Shown piece after piece: positions 25,899-35,589 of a DNA stretch of 58,184 nt. The stretch is from a virus (Duplodnaviria; Caudoviricetes): positions 1 to 58,184 of the IMG/VR virus record IMGVR_UViG_3300025862_000141; one strand, written 5' to 3'. Every line of letters begins with the position of its first letter. The stretch's first letter is position 1. The notes beneath the pieces are model-generated. The model was given only the letters and a program-made list of their open reading frames with translations. It had not been told where the DNA came from and did no database searches. Both the position numbers and the translations under genes were made by a program.

Positions 25899-27363
25899 AC
25901 TTCCCACACACCCCACACTAATTTTACCCGCCTATTCGGATGGCGAGAGCGAATTGTTAGTCTTGTCCTATGCCATGCGGGACTTACAAACGCTTCAAGA
26001 AGTTATTGACATTGTGGATACTGATTATTTCGCTAATTTTAATCATAGAGCGTTATGGGTTGCGCTAAAAGATTATTTTTCTAGGTATAACGGCATGATG
26101 GATGAAGTCGGGTTGGAACGGTTGATGGATGAGTCCGGTGCTGATGCGGCAAAGAAAACAAATTATCATGCACTTTTGTATATGCTCAAATCCCGTGAAA
26201 CGGTTAAGCCTCAATTTCTGATTAGCTTGGATCATTTGCGGTTGTTACGGAAGAAGCGGGAGTTGTTTGATGTGGCTAATAAGATTTCAGCTGCGTTACG
26301 GACACCAAACCCTGATGTTGATAAATTGACAGTAGACACTGCTAACCAAGTTTTAAATATGAGTGTGCGGACAGGTACTACGGTTTTTTACGAGCAATCG
26401 TTAAAGGCTACATTGCCGGATCGCATCAATGAATATATTGATCGGGAATCTCATCCTGAAAAATTTGTTGGAATTCCTTTTGGGATTAAAGAACTGGATG
26501 AACTTACATCAGGCATGTTTCCAGAAGAATTGGTTCTTATCTTTGGACGTAGCGGTGTGGGTAAAAGCCGAACACTTGCTAGTGTAGGCTATAACGTTTT
26601 TGCGCGAGGGTTTAATGTCATGTATGTGACGATTGAAATGCCTATGACACAGGTGGGTCGGTTATTTGATTCCCGGCATTTTTTAGTGTCGTCACATGGG
26701 TTGCGTCATGGCAAATTGGAAAAAGAAGATCGTATGAAATACGTTGCTGGCGATGCGGGTATTACAGGGCGGGATGGTGATTTTTATGTGGTTGATGCGC
26801 CCGCAGGTTGTTCAACTTTAACATTGCTTCCACTGATACGGCGGTATAAATCGCAGAAAAAGTTAGACCTTATTATTGTCGATTACATGAATCTCATGGT
26901 TCCTGTAGAAAAGACTAATGGTAACGAGATTCTTAAACTTGGGGCTATTTCTAAAGAGTTGAAGCAATTGGCACGATCAGAAAAAGTTGCGATATTTACA
27001 GCGACCGCTGCGTCTCGGGCAACTACTCAAGTTAAAGAGGTTAGTAATATCGGAACCGAACATTTGAGTTGGTCTGATAACATTGCGTACAACTGTGATG
27101 TCATCTTGTTTATTCGTAAGAAAGAAGAAGCTGATGTTGAAAATAAGAATGATGTAGAGTCGTGGGACATAGCTCGAAAACGTGCGATCAACTTAGATTG
27201 TATGGTAGTCAAATATAGGGATGGAGGTAATCGTCCTCTTAAGATAGGCGCGAATTGGGACAACACGTTTGTTGGTGATTTGGAAGAATATTTAGAGATG
27301 ACGGGACGAATATTACCTGGCATGGTTCCAATCATAAATGAGTCAACGGTGGGTGGGATGTGA
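25891..27363 (+). CDS. dnaB: DnaB-like replicative helicase
   Basis: LDELTSG, GRSGVGKS, IEM, IIVDYMNL, ISKELKQLA and KYRDG motifs. Confidence 0.93.
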   Translation: MSELPTHPTLILPAYSDGESELLVLSYAMRDLQTLQEVIDIVDTDYFANFNHRALWVALKDYFSRYNGMMDEVGLERLMDESGADAAKKTNYHALLYMLKSRETVKPQFLISLDHLRLLRKKRELFDVANKISAALRTPNPDVDKLTVDTANQVLNMSVRTGTTVFYEQSLKATLPDRINEYIDRESHPEKFVGIPFGIKELDELTSGMFPEELVLIFGRSGVGKSRTLASVGYNVFARGFNVMYVTIEMPMTQVGRLFDSRHFLVSSHGLRHGKLEKEDRMKYVAGDAGITGRDGDFYVVDAPAGCSTLTLLPLIRRYKSQKKLDLIIVDYMNLMVPVEKTNGNEILKLGAISKELKQLARSEKVAIFTATAASRATTQVKEVSNIGTEHLSWSDNIAYNCDVILFIRKKEEADVENKNDVESWDIARKRAINLDCMVVKYRDGGNRPLKIGANWDNTFVGDLEEYLEMTGRILPGMVPIINESTVGGM

Positions 27364-28394
27364 TGACACGTGACGAAGTTCTTGTCAAGGTGGACATGGC
27401 TCATTTGCTAACGCAGATCGGCTTTGCTGATGTAGATCCTATGGCAAGCAAGTATCAGGGTTATTGCATTTTTCATTCCGACGTGAACACAAAGAGTTTT
27501 AGTTGTTCATTTGATAAAAAAATATTTTTTTGCTACGGGTGTAATTTAAAGGGTGATGCGATTGCGCTTTACATGAAATGGCGTAACATTGAACGGGACG
27601 CGGCTATGGCAGAATTGGCAACGTTACCTGATATTCGGTCTGTGGATAGGTTAGATTCACAGTTGGTTCCTGTTGCGGTTGTTCCAACATACAAACGATT
27701 GGCAATGTATACCGAGTTTGTTCATAGTCTGCCGATGGTTACGGCAACGCCGTACAAAGTCTATATGAACTCACGTGGTTTTTCTGATTATGTTCTTGAT
27801 AAGTTTGGCGTGCGGGGTGTGGTAATGACAGCGGCTCAAGATAATCCGTTGGTAGACTTTTATAAGCGGTATAGCGTGGATGAATTGGTTGCTGTGGGGT
27901 TGGTGGATCAGAAAGATAAGTCATATGCACGGCTTCGTTTTACGTCTCATCCCATAATTTTGCCGTACTATTTAGGGTCATTGGTGGTGTATTTGCAGGG
28001 ACGGCTTATGGGTGATGGCGATGGCAAGATTACGCGGTATATGAACGTTCGTGGGTCTATTACTCATGCCTATAACCATGACGCGTTACTTCGTTCGGTA
28101 GACGATTTATTTATTTGTGAAGGTGTTACCGATGTTTTGTCTATGGTTGAATTGGGGTACGAAAATGTAATCGGCGTCCCTGGCGCAAATAATTTCCATC
28201 CTGACTGGCTCATTGACTTTAAAGGCAAACGGATTGTGCTTGCGTTGGACAATGACAAAGCAGGAGCGGCTGCCGCAGGACGTATTGGGAACTATGCTCG
28301 GTCACGTGGGCTCATTGTGGACTCGTTTACATTGCCAGTAGGGATTAAGGATATAAATAAGTTGTTGATGGCGCAGAGAGGATTATTGAAATGA
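27360..28394 (+). CDS. dnaG: DnaG-like primase (CHC2 zinc finger plus TOPRIM)
   Basis: CIFH...CYGC, ICEGVTD, LALDNDKAG and KDIN motifs. Confidence 0.92.
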   Translation: MMTRDEVLVKVDMAHLLTQIGFADVDPMASKYQGYCIFHSDVNTKSFSCSFDKKIFFCYGCNLKGDAIALYMKWRNIERDAAMAELATLPDIRSVDRLDSQLVPVAVVPTYKRLAMYTEFVHSLPMVTATPYKVYMNSRGFSDYVLDKFGVRGVVMTAAQDNPLVDFYKRYSVDELVAVGLVDQKDKSYARLRFTSHPIILPYYLGSLVVYLQGRLMGDGDGKITRYMNVRGSITHAYNHDALLRSVDDLFICEGVTDVLSMVELGYENVIGVPGANNFHPDWLIDFKGKRIVLALDNDKAGAAAAGRIGNYARSRGLIVDSFTLPVGIKDINKLLMAQRGLLK

Positions 28395-28723
28395 GCGATG
28401 AATTGAATTTGATTGATACCAACGTACGTATTTATGCAGGATTTGAACGAAGTATCTCTATCAACTATAACACGTGGAAATTTAATAAAGGTGAATCGCG
28501 CAGTGTGACTGCGGACAAAGTTGGTAATGAAACGGCTAAATTGCATTGGATGTGTGCCCGATATGTCTATAGTGCCATGTTTGCGGCATTGCCGCGTATA
28601 CGACGTGTTGTTGGCGAACGACCTGATATTGTCGCACAGATGGATCTTGTGGAATGGGAAGTAAAAGATGCGCTTACTGAGGTTGATGTTCAATTGGAAA
28701 AGTTAAGAGGAACTGTTGCATGA
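28391..28723 (+). CDS. Hypothetical protein
   Basis: ATGA overlap with the primase gene. Confidence 0.6.
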   Translation: MSDELNLIDTNVRIYAGFERSISINYNTWKFNKGESRSVTADKVGNETAKLHWMCARYVYSAMFAALPRIRRVVGERPDIVAQMDLVEWEVKDALTEVDVQLEKLRGTVA

Positions 28724-28851
28724 TGCCAGATAAATGGCAACGGTATTATGATATGGCTGTTCTTATGTTGGCCTGTGTCATTTTAGTGTGCGCGACTCTC
28801 GGTGGTTGTTTAACTTGTTGGATGACCATATTTGGGAAACTGTAGGAGACT

Positions 28852-29370
28852 ATGAATCTGACCTATGACGAAGTTGTTTATGAAAAACTGTATGAAGAAA
28901 TAAAACAATATGAAATTTCAGTTCCAACGGATCCTGTTCAGTTGGGTTTCAATGGGATCTGCGAATTGTTTTCTAAAGTTCAAGCGTATCGAGAACGTGT
29001 AGGAGCTATGTTTACGGAAGCCGTGCGAACACTTGCTCATGCTAAAGTTCAAATGGAATCGGCAAAACGGGCGTATGAAACGGCACTTGATATTGTGATT
29101 GACACTGATCCAGAAATTATTAAATTGCCGTCAGATAGGACTAAGGTCGCTCGTGCAAATCGAAAATTAGCGGCTGAAGTTGAGCGTATGCATGACTCTA
29201 AAAATACATTCCATCTTATTGATGCCTATTATGAAGTGGTCAAGAATCGTGTTAATATTTTAGCTATTACAAATAAGGCGATTACCGAACAGACAAACCT
29301 TTACAAGAAGTTGATACCGCCACAAAACGAACACCAATTGCAAGGAAGAATCCCAGTACGTATTGGGTAA
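28852..29370 (+). CDS. Helical protein, possibly a UvsY-like recombination mediator
   Basis: AGGAG Shine-Dalgarno; all-helical composition; sits among replication and recombination genes. Function inferred from position only. Confidence 0.4.
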   Translation: MNLTYDEVVYEKLYEEIKQYEISVPTDPVQLGFNGICELFSKVQAYRERVGAMFTEAVRTLAHAKVQMESAKRAYETALDIVIDTDPEIIKLPSDRTKVARANRKLAAEVERMHDSKNTFHLIDAYYEVVKNRVNILAITNKAITEQTNLYKKLIPPQNEHQLQGRIPVRIG

Positions 29371-29397
29371 TTAAAATGCAACTAAGGAGAAGCTAAC

Positions 29398-30015
29398 ATG
29401 AACGAAGCGTCAATGGGAGATTTTATCCCGATCAAGACAGATGTTCTAATAACAGCTGGCCGGTATCCCGCAGTATTAACGAAATACGACAAGTGGTTTG
29501 ATAAAGCAAAACCGAGTGAAGTTTTTATTAGGTTGTTCTTTGTCATTACCGAAGGTCAGTTTCGTGGGGAAGAAGTTAAAAAGAAATACCATTGGGTTAT
29601 TAGCCCAAAGTCGGCTCTTGGTGGTTTTTGCCGAGATATGGGAATTCTAATCGTAAATGAAAATGGAGGATTTAACCCGGTTGCATTAGTGACACCAGCA
29701 AACCGTCCTGTGATCCTTACTATTCGGAATAAGGAATATGGAGGACAGATGCGTAACATTGTCACGGACATTGCGCCATGGGTTAATGCCGCACCTGGAA
29801 CGCCATTGCCAGGTAGTCAACCACCAGCATGGACACCACCTCAGATGGGAAGTGCTCCTGTGCAACAGACACCGTCGTCTACGCCAGTGTATCCACCAAT
29901 GCCACAACCAACATGGACACCACCACAGCAGCCAGTGGCACCAGGCCCTACGTGGACGCCGCCACAACCAGACCAAACGCCGCCAGCACCAAGTAATCCG
30001 AGATTGAACTTCTAA
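29398..30015 (+). CDS. Putative ssDNA-binding (OB-fold-like) protein with a Pro/Gln-rich tail
   Basis: AGRYPAVL...F.I.EGQFRG beta-rich N-domain; three WTPPQ repeats; TAAGGAG Shine-Dalgarno. Confidence 0.55.
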   Translation: MNEASMGDFIPIKTDVLITAGRYPAVLTKYDKWFDKAKPSEVFIRLFFVITEGQFRGEEVKKKYHWVISPKSALGGFCRDMGILIVNENGGFNPVALVTPANRPVILTIRNKEYGGQMRNIVTDIAPWVNAAPGTPLPGSQPPAWTPPQMGSAPVQQTPSSTPVYPPMPQPTWTPPQQPVAPGPTWTPPQPDQTPPAPSNPRLNF

Positions 30016-30026
30016 GTAGTTGTAGG

Positions 30027-30058
30027 CTCCTGTGGGCTGTTAGTTGTGTCCACAGGGG
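30027..30058 (+). terminator. Intergenic hairpin
   Basis: CTCCTGTGGGC pairs with GTCCACAGGGG after the SSB-like gene; no U-tract follows. Confidence 0.35.
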
Positions 30059-30070
30059 AGTGGGGGACAG

Positions 30071-31453
30071 ATGGAAATAACTTTAAACGATTTTCAAGCA
30101 CATTCTAAGACAAGCCTAATTTTGACGGGCGGATTTGCCGCTATTGTGGGGCCTTCAAATTGTGGCAAGAGTTCTATTGTTCGTGCGATTCGATGGCTTA
30201 TCTATGATTCTCTTAGAGGAAACCGATTCATTCGTCTTGGTGAAGATAAGTCCGTTGTTAGTTTAAGTTTTGATGGGGTTGAAGTAACACGAGTCAAAGG
30301 TAAAAAACAGAATCGGTATGTGGTCAATGCGTCTAACTATGACGCAATAGGTAAAGGTGCGCCGATTGAAGTCACACAGGCCATTAGTATTGGAACCATG
30401 CGTGTGGATAAGGACACTGAAATTGAACTTTCAGTTGGGCAACAGATGGATCCCCCATTTCTTGTTTTTGAACCTGAGTCTATGCGAGCCAAGTTCGTAA
30501 ACGTTTTGACAGGCGGTCATGTTGTTGATGCCGCAGTTCGTGAGAGCAACAGGCTTATTAAAGAAATTAATGAAGACAGTAAACGTGTTGATACGGATCA
30601 GGTACGTGTGGCGCAGGATTTAACGCAGTATGTGGATTTGGATATTAGAGAAGCACACCTTAATGAACTCGGTGCCCTCCTTGGACGGGCGCATGTCTGC
30701 GAACAACGACTCAAAGTTTTGTCGGATTCTAGGATTAGATTAAATTCAATACGTGAACAGCGTGGGTACGCTAACGCCAAAGCCTTTATAGTGGCGTGGG
30801 TAGATCTTAGTCATGTTGCCAAGGTAGATGCGTTAGCTAATCGGTTTACGAGTTTAGCGCGGGTACGAGAATCGTTGGCAACTATTCAACGAACGCGGTT
30901 TGGGTTAGTTGCACAGATTGGCATTGTTGGATTTGTGGATGAACAGACTATAACTCGGGCCTGTCAACTGGGGGAATATGTCAAGGTGCTTACTAATGTA
31001 AAGTCACGACTACTTTATTTAACTAATGAACGGGCACGGTATAGTGCAACTGTTCAGGCTTTAATTGGTATTGATGCTAACGCGGAACAGACAGTTAGAC
31101 AGTTGGCAGAGCGGTTGAATGGGTTGTTGGGGTTACGGGACCGTCTTATGGGAATACGGTCACAACGTATTGGTGCAACTTATGCATTGAATGCCATGGC
31201 AGGAATAACTCCGAATCTTGCGGATCACGTTAAAGTATTGACTGATAGATTTGAGATGTTGACGAGAGCTAAAGGAAACTTTTTAAGAATAAGTAGCCAA
31301 CGGTTAGACCTTGTCAAGAAAGTAGCTGATGCTGATTTGCAAATGGTAACGATTCAGCGTGACCTTGATGTTCTTAGTGATAGCGTATGCGAAGCCTGTG
31401 GGCAGATGGTGACGAAGGAAGTCAGACAGAAACAGTTAACAGGAGTTTTATGA
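30071..31453 (+). CDS. SbcC/Rad50 N-terminal half (Walker A, coiled coil, zinc hook)
   Basis: DFQAH, IVGPSNCGKSSIVRAI, Q-loop QMDPPFL; ends shortly after CEACGQ; no Walker B. Confidence 0.88.
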   Translation: MEITLNDFQAHSKTSLILTGGFAAIVGPSNCGKSSIVRAIRWLIYDSLRGNRFIRLGEDKSVVSLSFDGVEVTRVKGKKQNRYVVNASNYDAIGKGAPIEVTQAISIGTMRVDKDTEIELSVGQQMDPPFLVFEPESMRAKFVNVLTGGHVVDAAVRESNRLIKEINEDSKRVDTDQVRVAQDLTQYVDLDIREAHLNELGALLGRAHVCEQRLKVLSDSRIRLNSIREQRGYANAKAFIVAWVDLSHVAKVDALANRFTSLARVRESLATIQRTRFGLVAQIGIVGFVDEQTITRACQLGEYVKVLTNVKSRLLYLTNERARYSATVQALIGIDANAEQTVRQLAERLNGLLGLRDRLMGIRSQRIGATYALNAMAGITPNLADHVKVLTDRFEMLTRAKGNFLRISSQRLDLVKKVADADLQMVTIQRDLDVLSDSVCEACGQMVTKEVRQKQLTGVL

Positions 31454-32040
31454 TTGACATTTTAAATGATAAGAAAATTTATGAATTTTTTTGGCCAAAT
31501 GCTCTCGTGGCAGCTGGAACTTTATTTGAGAAAGATTCGCTTAACAACGGGACGATTTCTGTACGACAAGCGTATGCGGCGTATTATGTGCTTCTTGCGA
31601 TGCAACAACCTATTCGTGAAGGAGAACGATTTTTAATCGGCAATGGTGATTCATGGTCGGAACAGATAGCTAAGGGAATGACTATTGAATTAAAGTTCCA
31701 TCCAAATTATTTGCGGTTGCCAGATAAATTCCAACCTGCAAAGCATAGTCATGCTTCTACATCTATGGCGGGCCCATGCCCACAATGTCATGAGATGGTT
31801 GTTTGGCGTGTGGATGAAGGAGCAAAACCTGATGAGAACACGCATCGTGAGAAGTTGGAAAAGGACGTCAATAAAAGGTTTTGTGAGGATGAGGATAACA
31901 TTCAGAATAAGATTGTAGCGTTAGCCTATACAGTTAGTGATTGGTTAGGGAATGGTCCACAAAAAACGTATCAAGAGATTGATCATAAGTTGTGGGCATT
32001 TGTTGACAATGTTCGTCGGATTGTGAGTAACAAATTATGA
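31450..32040 (+). CDS. Hypothetical protein
   Basis: AGGAG then ATG 31450 (ATGA overlap). Confidence 0.6.
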   Translation: MIDILNDKKIYEFFWPNALVAAGTLFEKDSLNNGTISVRQAYAAYYVLLAMQQPIREGERFLIGNGDSWSEQIAKGMTIELKFHPNYLRLPDKFQPAKHSHASTSMAGPCPQCHEMVVWRVDEGAKPDENTHREKLEKDVNKRFCEDEDNIQNKIVALAYTVSDWLGNGPQKTYQEIDHKLWAFVDNVRRIVSNKL

Positions 32041-32993
32041 CAACTAAATTTATAGCGTTGTCCGATTCTCATTTTCGGGCGTCAAGTCCATCGTGCCGAA
32101 CTGATAAAGATTTTTTTGAGCGACAGTTTATTAAATTGGCACAGATCATTCGATTTGGTAAAGAGCATAAGATAGCCGCCGTGCTCCACGGTGGAGATTT
32201 TTTTGATAGTAATGATCCGACATTACGATTGATTCATGATATGGTGACCGCGTTAAAAGAATCAACTGGTATACCGTGGTTAGTGAACCCCGGAAATCAC
32301 GATTTTTTTGGCGGAGCCGTCGCTAGTTTAAAACGTAGTGGTCTTGGTGTTCTTTCTAATGCCGGCATCGTTCATACATTTTATGAGCGAGAAGAAGTCA
32401 CATTTGCAAATGGATCAGTTGTTATTCGGTTTCTGCCTTATACACTCACCGATGTTCATGCCAACGATGACTATTGGTTTGTGGACAAAGATCCAAACAA
32501 ACACTATATTTTGATTCCCCATTCAATGATTACAACGCACTTTGTTCCATTTCCGCATGTGTTGTATACCGATGTGAAAACAAATGCAGATTTGATTCTG
32601 TGCTCACACTGGCATAGTCAATTCGATGTAACTGCCAACGGTACGCGGTTTGTGAACTCAGGTCCGTTAACTAGACAGACTACGCATGAAGCACGATTAC
32701 GCCCGTCCGTATTGCTTTTTACGGTGTCCCAGGGTACACCTATAGCAGTTGAACGATTGATGATTGATGCCCCTGACAGTAAGGACGTGATAGACCTTAG
32801 CGTAGACGCGCCAGCGGCTATGGAAGGCATTGCAGAACAGTTTATGAGTGTGTTACGCGAAGGTGCGCTTGAAGGAGTAGATCGACAACGATTGGTGCGT
32901 ATTGTAGGGGAGAGGCATGGGTTTCAGTCCAGCGTGATTGACAATGGGTTGATGCGGGTACAGGCGGCCGAACGGGTCATGGAGAGCGTATAA
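32037..32993 (+). CDS. SbcD/Mre11 metallophosphoesterase nuclease
   Basis: SDSH, GGDFFD, PGNHD, PH, SHWH and VNSG motifs. Confidence 0.9.
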   Translation: MTTKFIALSDSHFRASSPSCRTDKDFFERQFIKLAQIIRFGKEHKIAAVLHGGDFFDSNDPTLRLIHDMVTALKESTGIPWLVNPGNHDFFGGAVASLKRSGLGVLSNAGIVHTFYEREEVTFANGSVVIRFLPYTLTDVHANDDYWFVDKDPNKHYILIPHSMITTHFVPFPHVLYTDVKTNADLILCSHWHSQFDVTANGTRFVNSGPLTRQTTHEARLRPSVLLFTVSQGTPIAVERLMIDAPDSKDVIDLSVDAPAAMEGIAEQFMSVLREGALEGVDRQRLVRIVGERHGFQSSVIDNGLMRVQAAERVMESV

Positions 32994-33124
32994 GGAGAAT
33001 ACGGTGTGCGTTAAGTGTGAAAGTAATTTTGTGGTCAAATGGATAGACGGATTGTTGGCGGTATGGACAAAATGTTGTGCATGTGGGAATAATGAATTGG
33101 ATGAACTAAAACAGGAGAATTATC

Positions 33125-33535
33125 ATGATCAGTATAGCCGAAGCGCACGAGATCAATACGTTTTTGGATACGGTGTTCAAGTTCAAGGTAAATGATTTTG
33201 TACAGACGGCGGCACTTGGAGAATATGTTGAGTATGCAGATGGTATTAGTAGACACAGCAATGACGGTGGGAAAATGTGGGATTTTAGTCTTTCGTTTAG
33301 TGACACTATTCGGTATCAAGTAGTTGAACGGCAATTGCAACAGTGTCATGGTGGTGTGCAACGGCATTATGTTGTGCGTGGTATTAATAAAAATGGCTTG
33401 ATTGAACGACAGGGATTTCTATTTACAGAGGATGAACTTGTTCTTTCAGCACCTTTTAAATGTGGTAAAGGCATGTCTGAAGACGATATTCTTAAATATG
33501 TTGATGATCAAAAGAAAAAGGACCGTCCGTCATGA
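33125..33535 (+). CDS. Hypothetical protein
   Basis: AGGAG Shine-Dalgarno; FKFKVNDFV SH3-like start. Confidence 0.6.
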   Translation: MISIAEAHEINTFLDTVFKFKVNDFVQTAALGEYVEYADGISRHSNDGGKMWDFSLSFSDTIRYQVVERQLQQCHGGVQRHYVVRGINKNGLIERQGFLFTEDELVLSAPFKCGKGMSEDDILKYVDDQKKKDRPS

Positions 33536-33774
33536 TTGATACTGCGCAATTGACCAAGACTTACCGTGCACTACAAGATATGCGCACACGTGCCCAAGTG
33601 CAATGTGAACAGTTAGACGCACAGGAGAAAGCGGAATTGGCGACGTTAGCGGCTATGGGTGTTACTGATGTTGATGCGGCTATAGCCGCTACTAATGCTG
33701 AACTAGAGGACCTGAATGTACGTGCGGGTGTAGCTACAACTGAATTACGAAAGTTAGGCGTTACGTTGCCATGA
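33532..33774 (+). CDS. Small coiled-coil protein, candidate third SbcC piece
   Basis: Heptad-rich 80 aa; ATGA-coupled to the SbcC C-terminal gene. Confidence 0.6.
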   Translation: MIDTAQLTKTYRALQDMRTRAQVQCEQLDAQEKAELATLAAMGVTDVDAAIAATNAELEDLNVRAGVATTELRKLGVTLP

Positions 33775-34412
33775 CGCTGGTAGAACATCAAACAGAGTAC
33801 ACGCGGCTGTTGTCTGAGCATCAACGGCGGCGTGGTCAAGCCGATATGCTTTTGCATACACAAAAGACATTGGGGGTTAAACAAGCAGAACTCTTAAATA
33901 AATTAACACTTGAGAATGAAACTGCGCGACTCTTACAACTGACTTCTATGGAAACGTGGAATACGGCCAAGACATTGATTGAAGAGTTAGTGACACGTGC
34001 TCTTCGTGCCATATTTATTGACCGGGATTATAAATTCAGTATACGTCACGAGATTAAGCGTGGGGTATCGGCTGTAGATTTTGCCGTTATTGATAATGGT
34101 ATGGAGTTGAATCTAGCGGATGAGGTGGGTGGCGGGATTGTTGATGTGGTGTCATTGGTACTCCGAATTTCATTTTTGGTGCTATACAGGCCAAAGATGC
34201 GGCAATTCCTTGTTCTGGATGAACCTACAGCGCATGTAGGTGCAACGTATCAGGGTAATGTAGGTAAGTTCTTGAAACAGTTGACGAATGAAATGGGAAT
34301 ACAGATTCTATTGACTACTCATTCAGCAGAGTTAGCGGCAGGTGCTGATCAAGTATTCAATGCGACAAATTCTGATGGATTATGCACGATTGCTGAGGAG
34401 ACTACTAGATGA
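33771..34412 (+). CDS. SbcC/Rad50 C-terminal half (ABC signature, Walker B, H-loop)
   Basis: EVGGGIVDVVSLVLRI, FLVLDEP and QILLTTH motifs; no Walker A. Confidence 0.88.
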   Translation: MTLVEHQTEYTRLLSEHQRRRGQADMLLHTQKTLGVKQAELLNKLTLENETARLLQLTSMETWNTAKTLIEELVTRALRAIFIDRDYKFSIRHEIKRGVSAVDFAVIDNGMELNLADEVGGGIVDVVSLVLRISFLVLYRPKMRQFLVLDEPTAHVGATYQGNVGKFLKQLTNEMGIQILLTTHSAELAAGADQVFNATNSDGLCTIAEETTR

Positions 34413-34696
34413 ATGAATTCATGAACTGGCCATTTCCATCGGAAGCACCAGAGTTTGGAAACGTTAAACATATTAAAGCGGTTAAAGATCATATACGTGC
34501 TATTGCAGATGAAGAAAGTTTACGTGATTACAACGTTACTATAAATTTTTCTGGAAGTACGGTGGTGACTGTTCGCGCTCATGACGAAGCCGAAGCATGG
34601 GATAGTGCCCTTGACGAAGCTATTAATCTGCGCGATATTGAATTGGATAAAGAAGTGGGTAGCGTGATTGATGTGACTGAGGATAGCAATGACTGA
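34409..34696 (+). CDS. Hypothetical protein
   Basis: YNVTI...VTVRAHDEAEA motif typical of small phage proteins. Confidence 0.6.
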   Translation: MNEFMNWPFPSEAPEFGNVKHIKAVKDHIRAIADEESLRDYNVTINFSGSTVVTVRAHDEAEAWDSALDEAINLRDIELDKEVGSVIDVTEDSND

Positions 34697-34991
34697 TTCA
34701 CAACTAAATGAAGCCGTAGCTAAGAAGATATGGACGCTTAGTAAGGGCGGGTGGCGACGAAATTATAGCTATGGGTATGATTGGCGTAAAGAATTGCCAA
34801 TAGACGATTATTGCAATGACATTAGTAAAGCATGGGGACTTGTACACATAATGGGACAGGCTAGCCACACTGATTTTAATGCTCAGATATGTTATGCGTT
34901 AGGCGACAGTCCAAGTGACGGTTTTCATTTGATTACTGTGACCCCTAGAGTTATTTGTAAAGCGTTTTTAAAAACTACATCAACGAAATAA
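34689..34991 (+). CDS. Second ABA-sandwich-like protein
   Basis: MTDSQLNEAVAKK...YCNDISKAW...PRVICKAFLK, similar to 16595-16906. Confidence 0.7.
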   Translation: MTDSQLNEAVAKKIWTLSKGGWRRNYSYGYDWRKELPIDDYCNDISKAWGLVHIMGQASHTDFNAQICYALGDSPSDGFHLITVTPRVICKAFLKTTSTK

Positions 34992-35338
34992 TGCGTGTTA
35001 TTATTGCAGGTTCTCGATGTTTGTTAGATTTTTCTGTTGTTGAGGCGGCTATTAAAAATTCAGAATTTAAGATAACTGAGGTTGTGTCGGGGATGTGTAC
35101 TGGGCCTGATTTGTTGGGTGAACGGTGGGCAGCAATCTATAATGTTCCTGTGATACGATTTCCTGCTGATTGGAATAGGTATGGTAGAGCAGCAGGACCA
35201 ATACGGAATAAACAAATGGCCGATCATGCTCAGGCATTGATAGCGTGTTACGATGGCGTGTCTCGTGGCACGGCAAGTATGATTAAATTGGCGCGGGAGA
35301 AAAATTTGAAGATTTATATTCATAAAGTACGTGAATGA
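34991..35338 (+). CDS. SLOG/DUF2493 (YspA-like) protein
   Basis: VIIAGSR, VVSG..GPD.LGE.WA, FPADW.RYGRAAGPIRNKQM and SRGT motifs. Confidence 0.88.
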   Translation: MRVIIAGSRCLLDFSVVEAAIKNSEFKITEVVSGMCTGPDLLGERWAAIYNVPVIRFPADWNRYGRAAGPIRNKQMADHAQALIACYDGVSRGTASMIKLAREKNLKIYIHKVRE

Positions 35339-35589
35339 TTTTTTCGTTGCCTACCTTATATTTTCGGTGTGATGACTGTAAATATACGTTTCGGTTTCCG
35401 TTAGATTCTGATCGTATGAGCTATCTAAATTTTGAACATTTGTGCTATCCTACAACGCAAAATAAAAAAACAACCACACTTGTTCCAACACGAAAAATGA
35501 TTTATGCGCCTACGGAGTTTGGGGTGAAAATGTATCAAGAGAAGACGGAATTATTTCCTTTTGTGGGAGGTACTGATAATGTCGCGTAG
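35335..35589 (+). CDS. Hypothetical protein
   Basis: ATGA overlap; CDDC...HLC. Confidence 0.5.
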   Translation: MIFSLPTLYFRCDDCKYTFRFPLDSDRMSYLNFEHLCYPTTQNKKTTTLVPTRKMIYAPTEFGVKMYQEKTELFPFVGGTDNVA

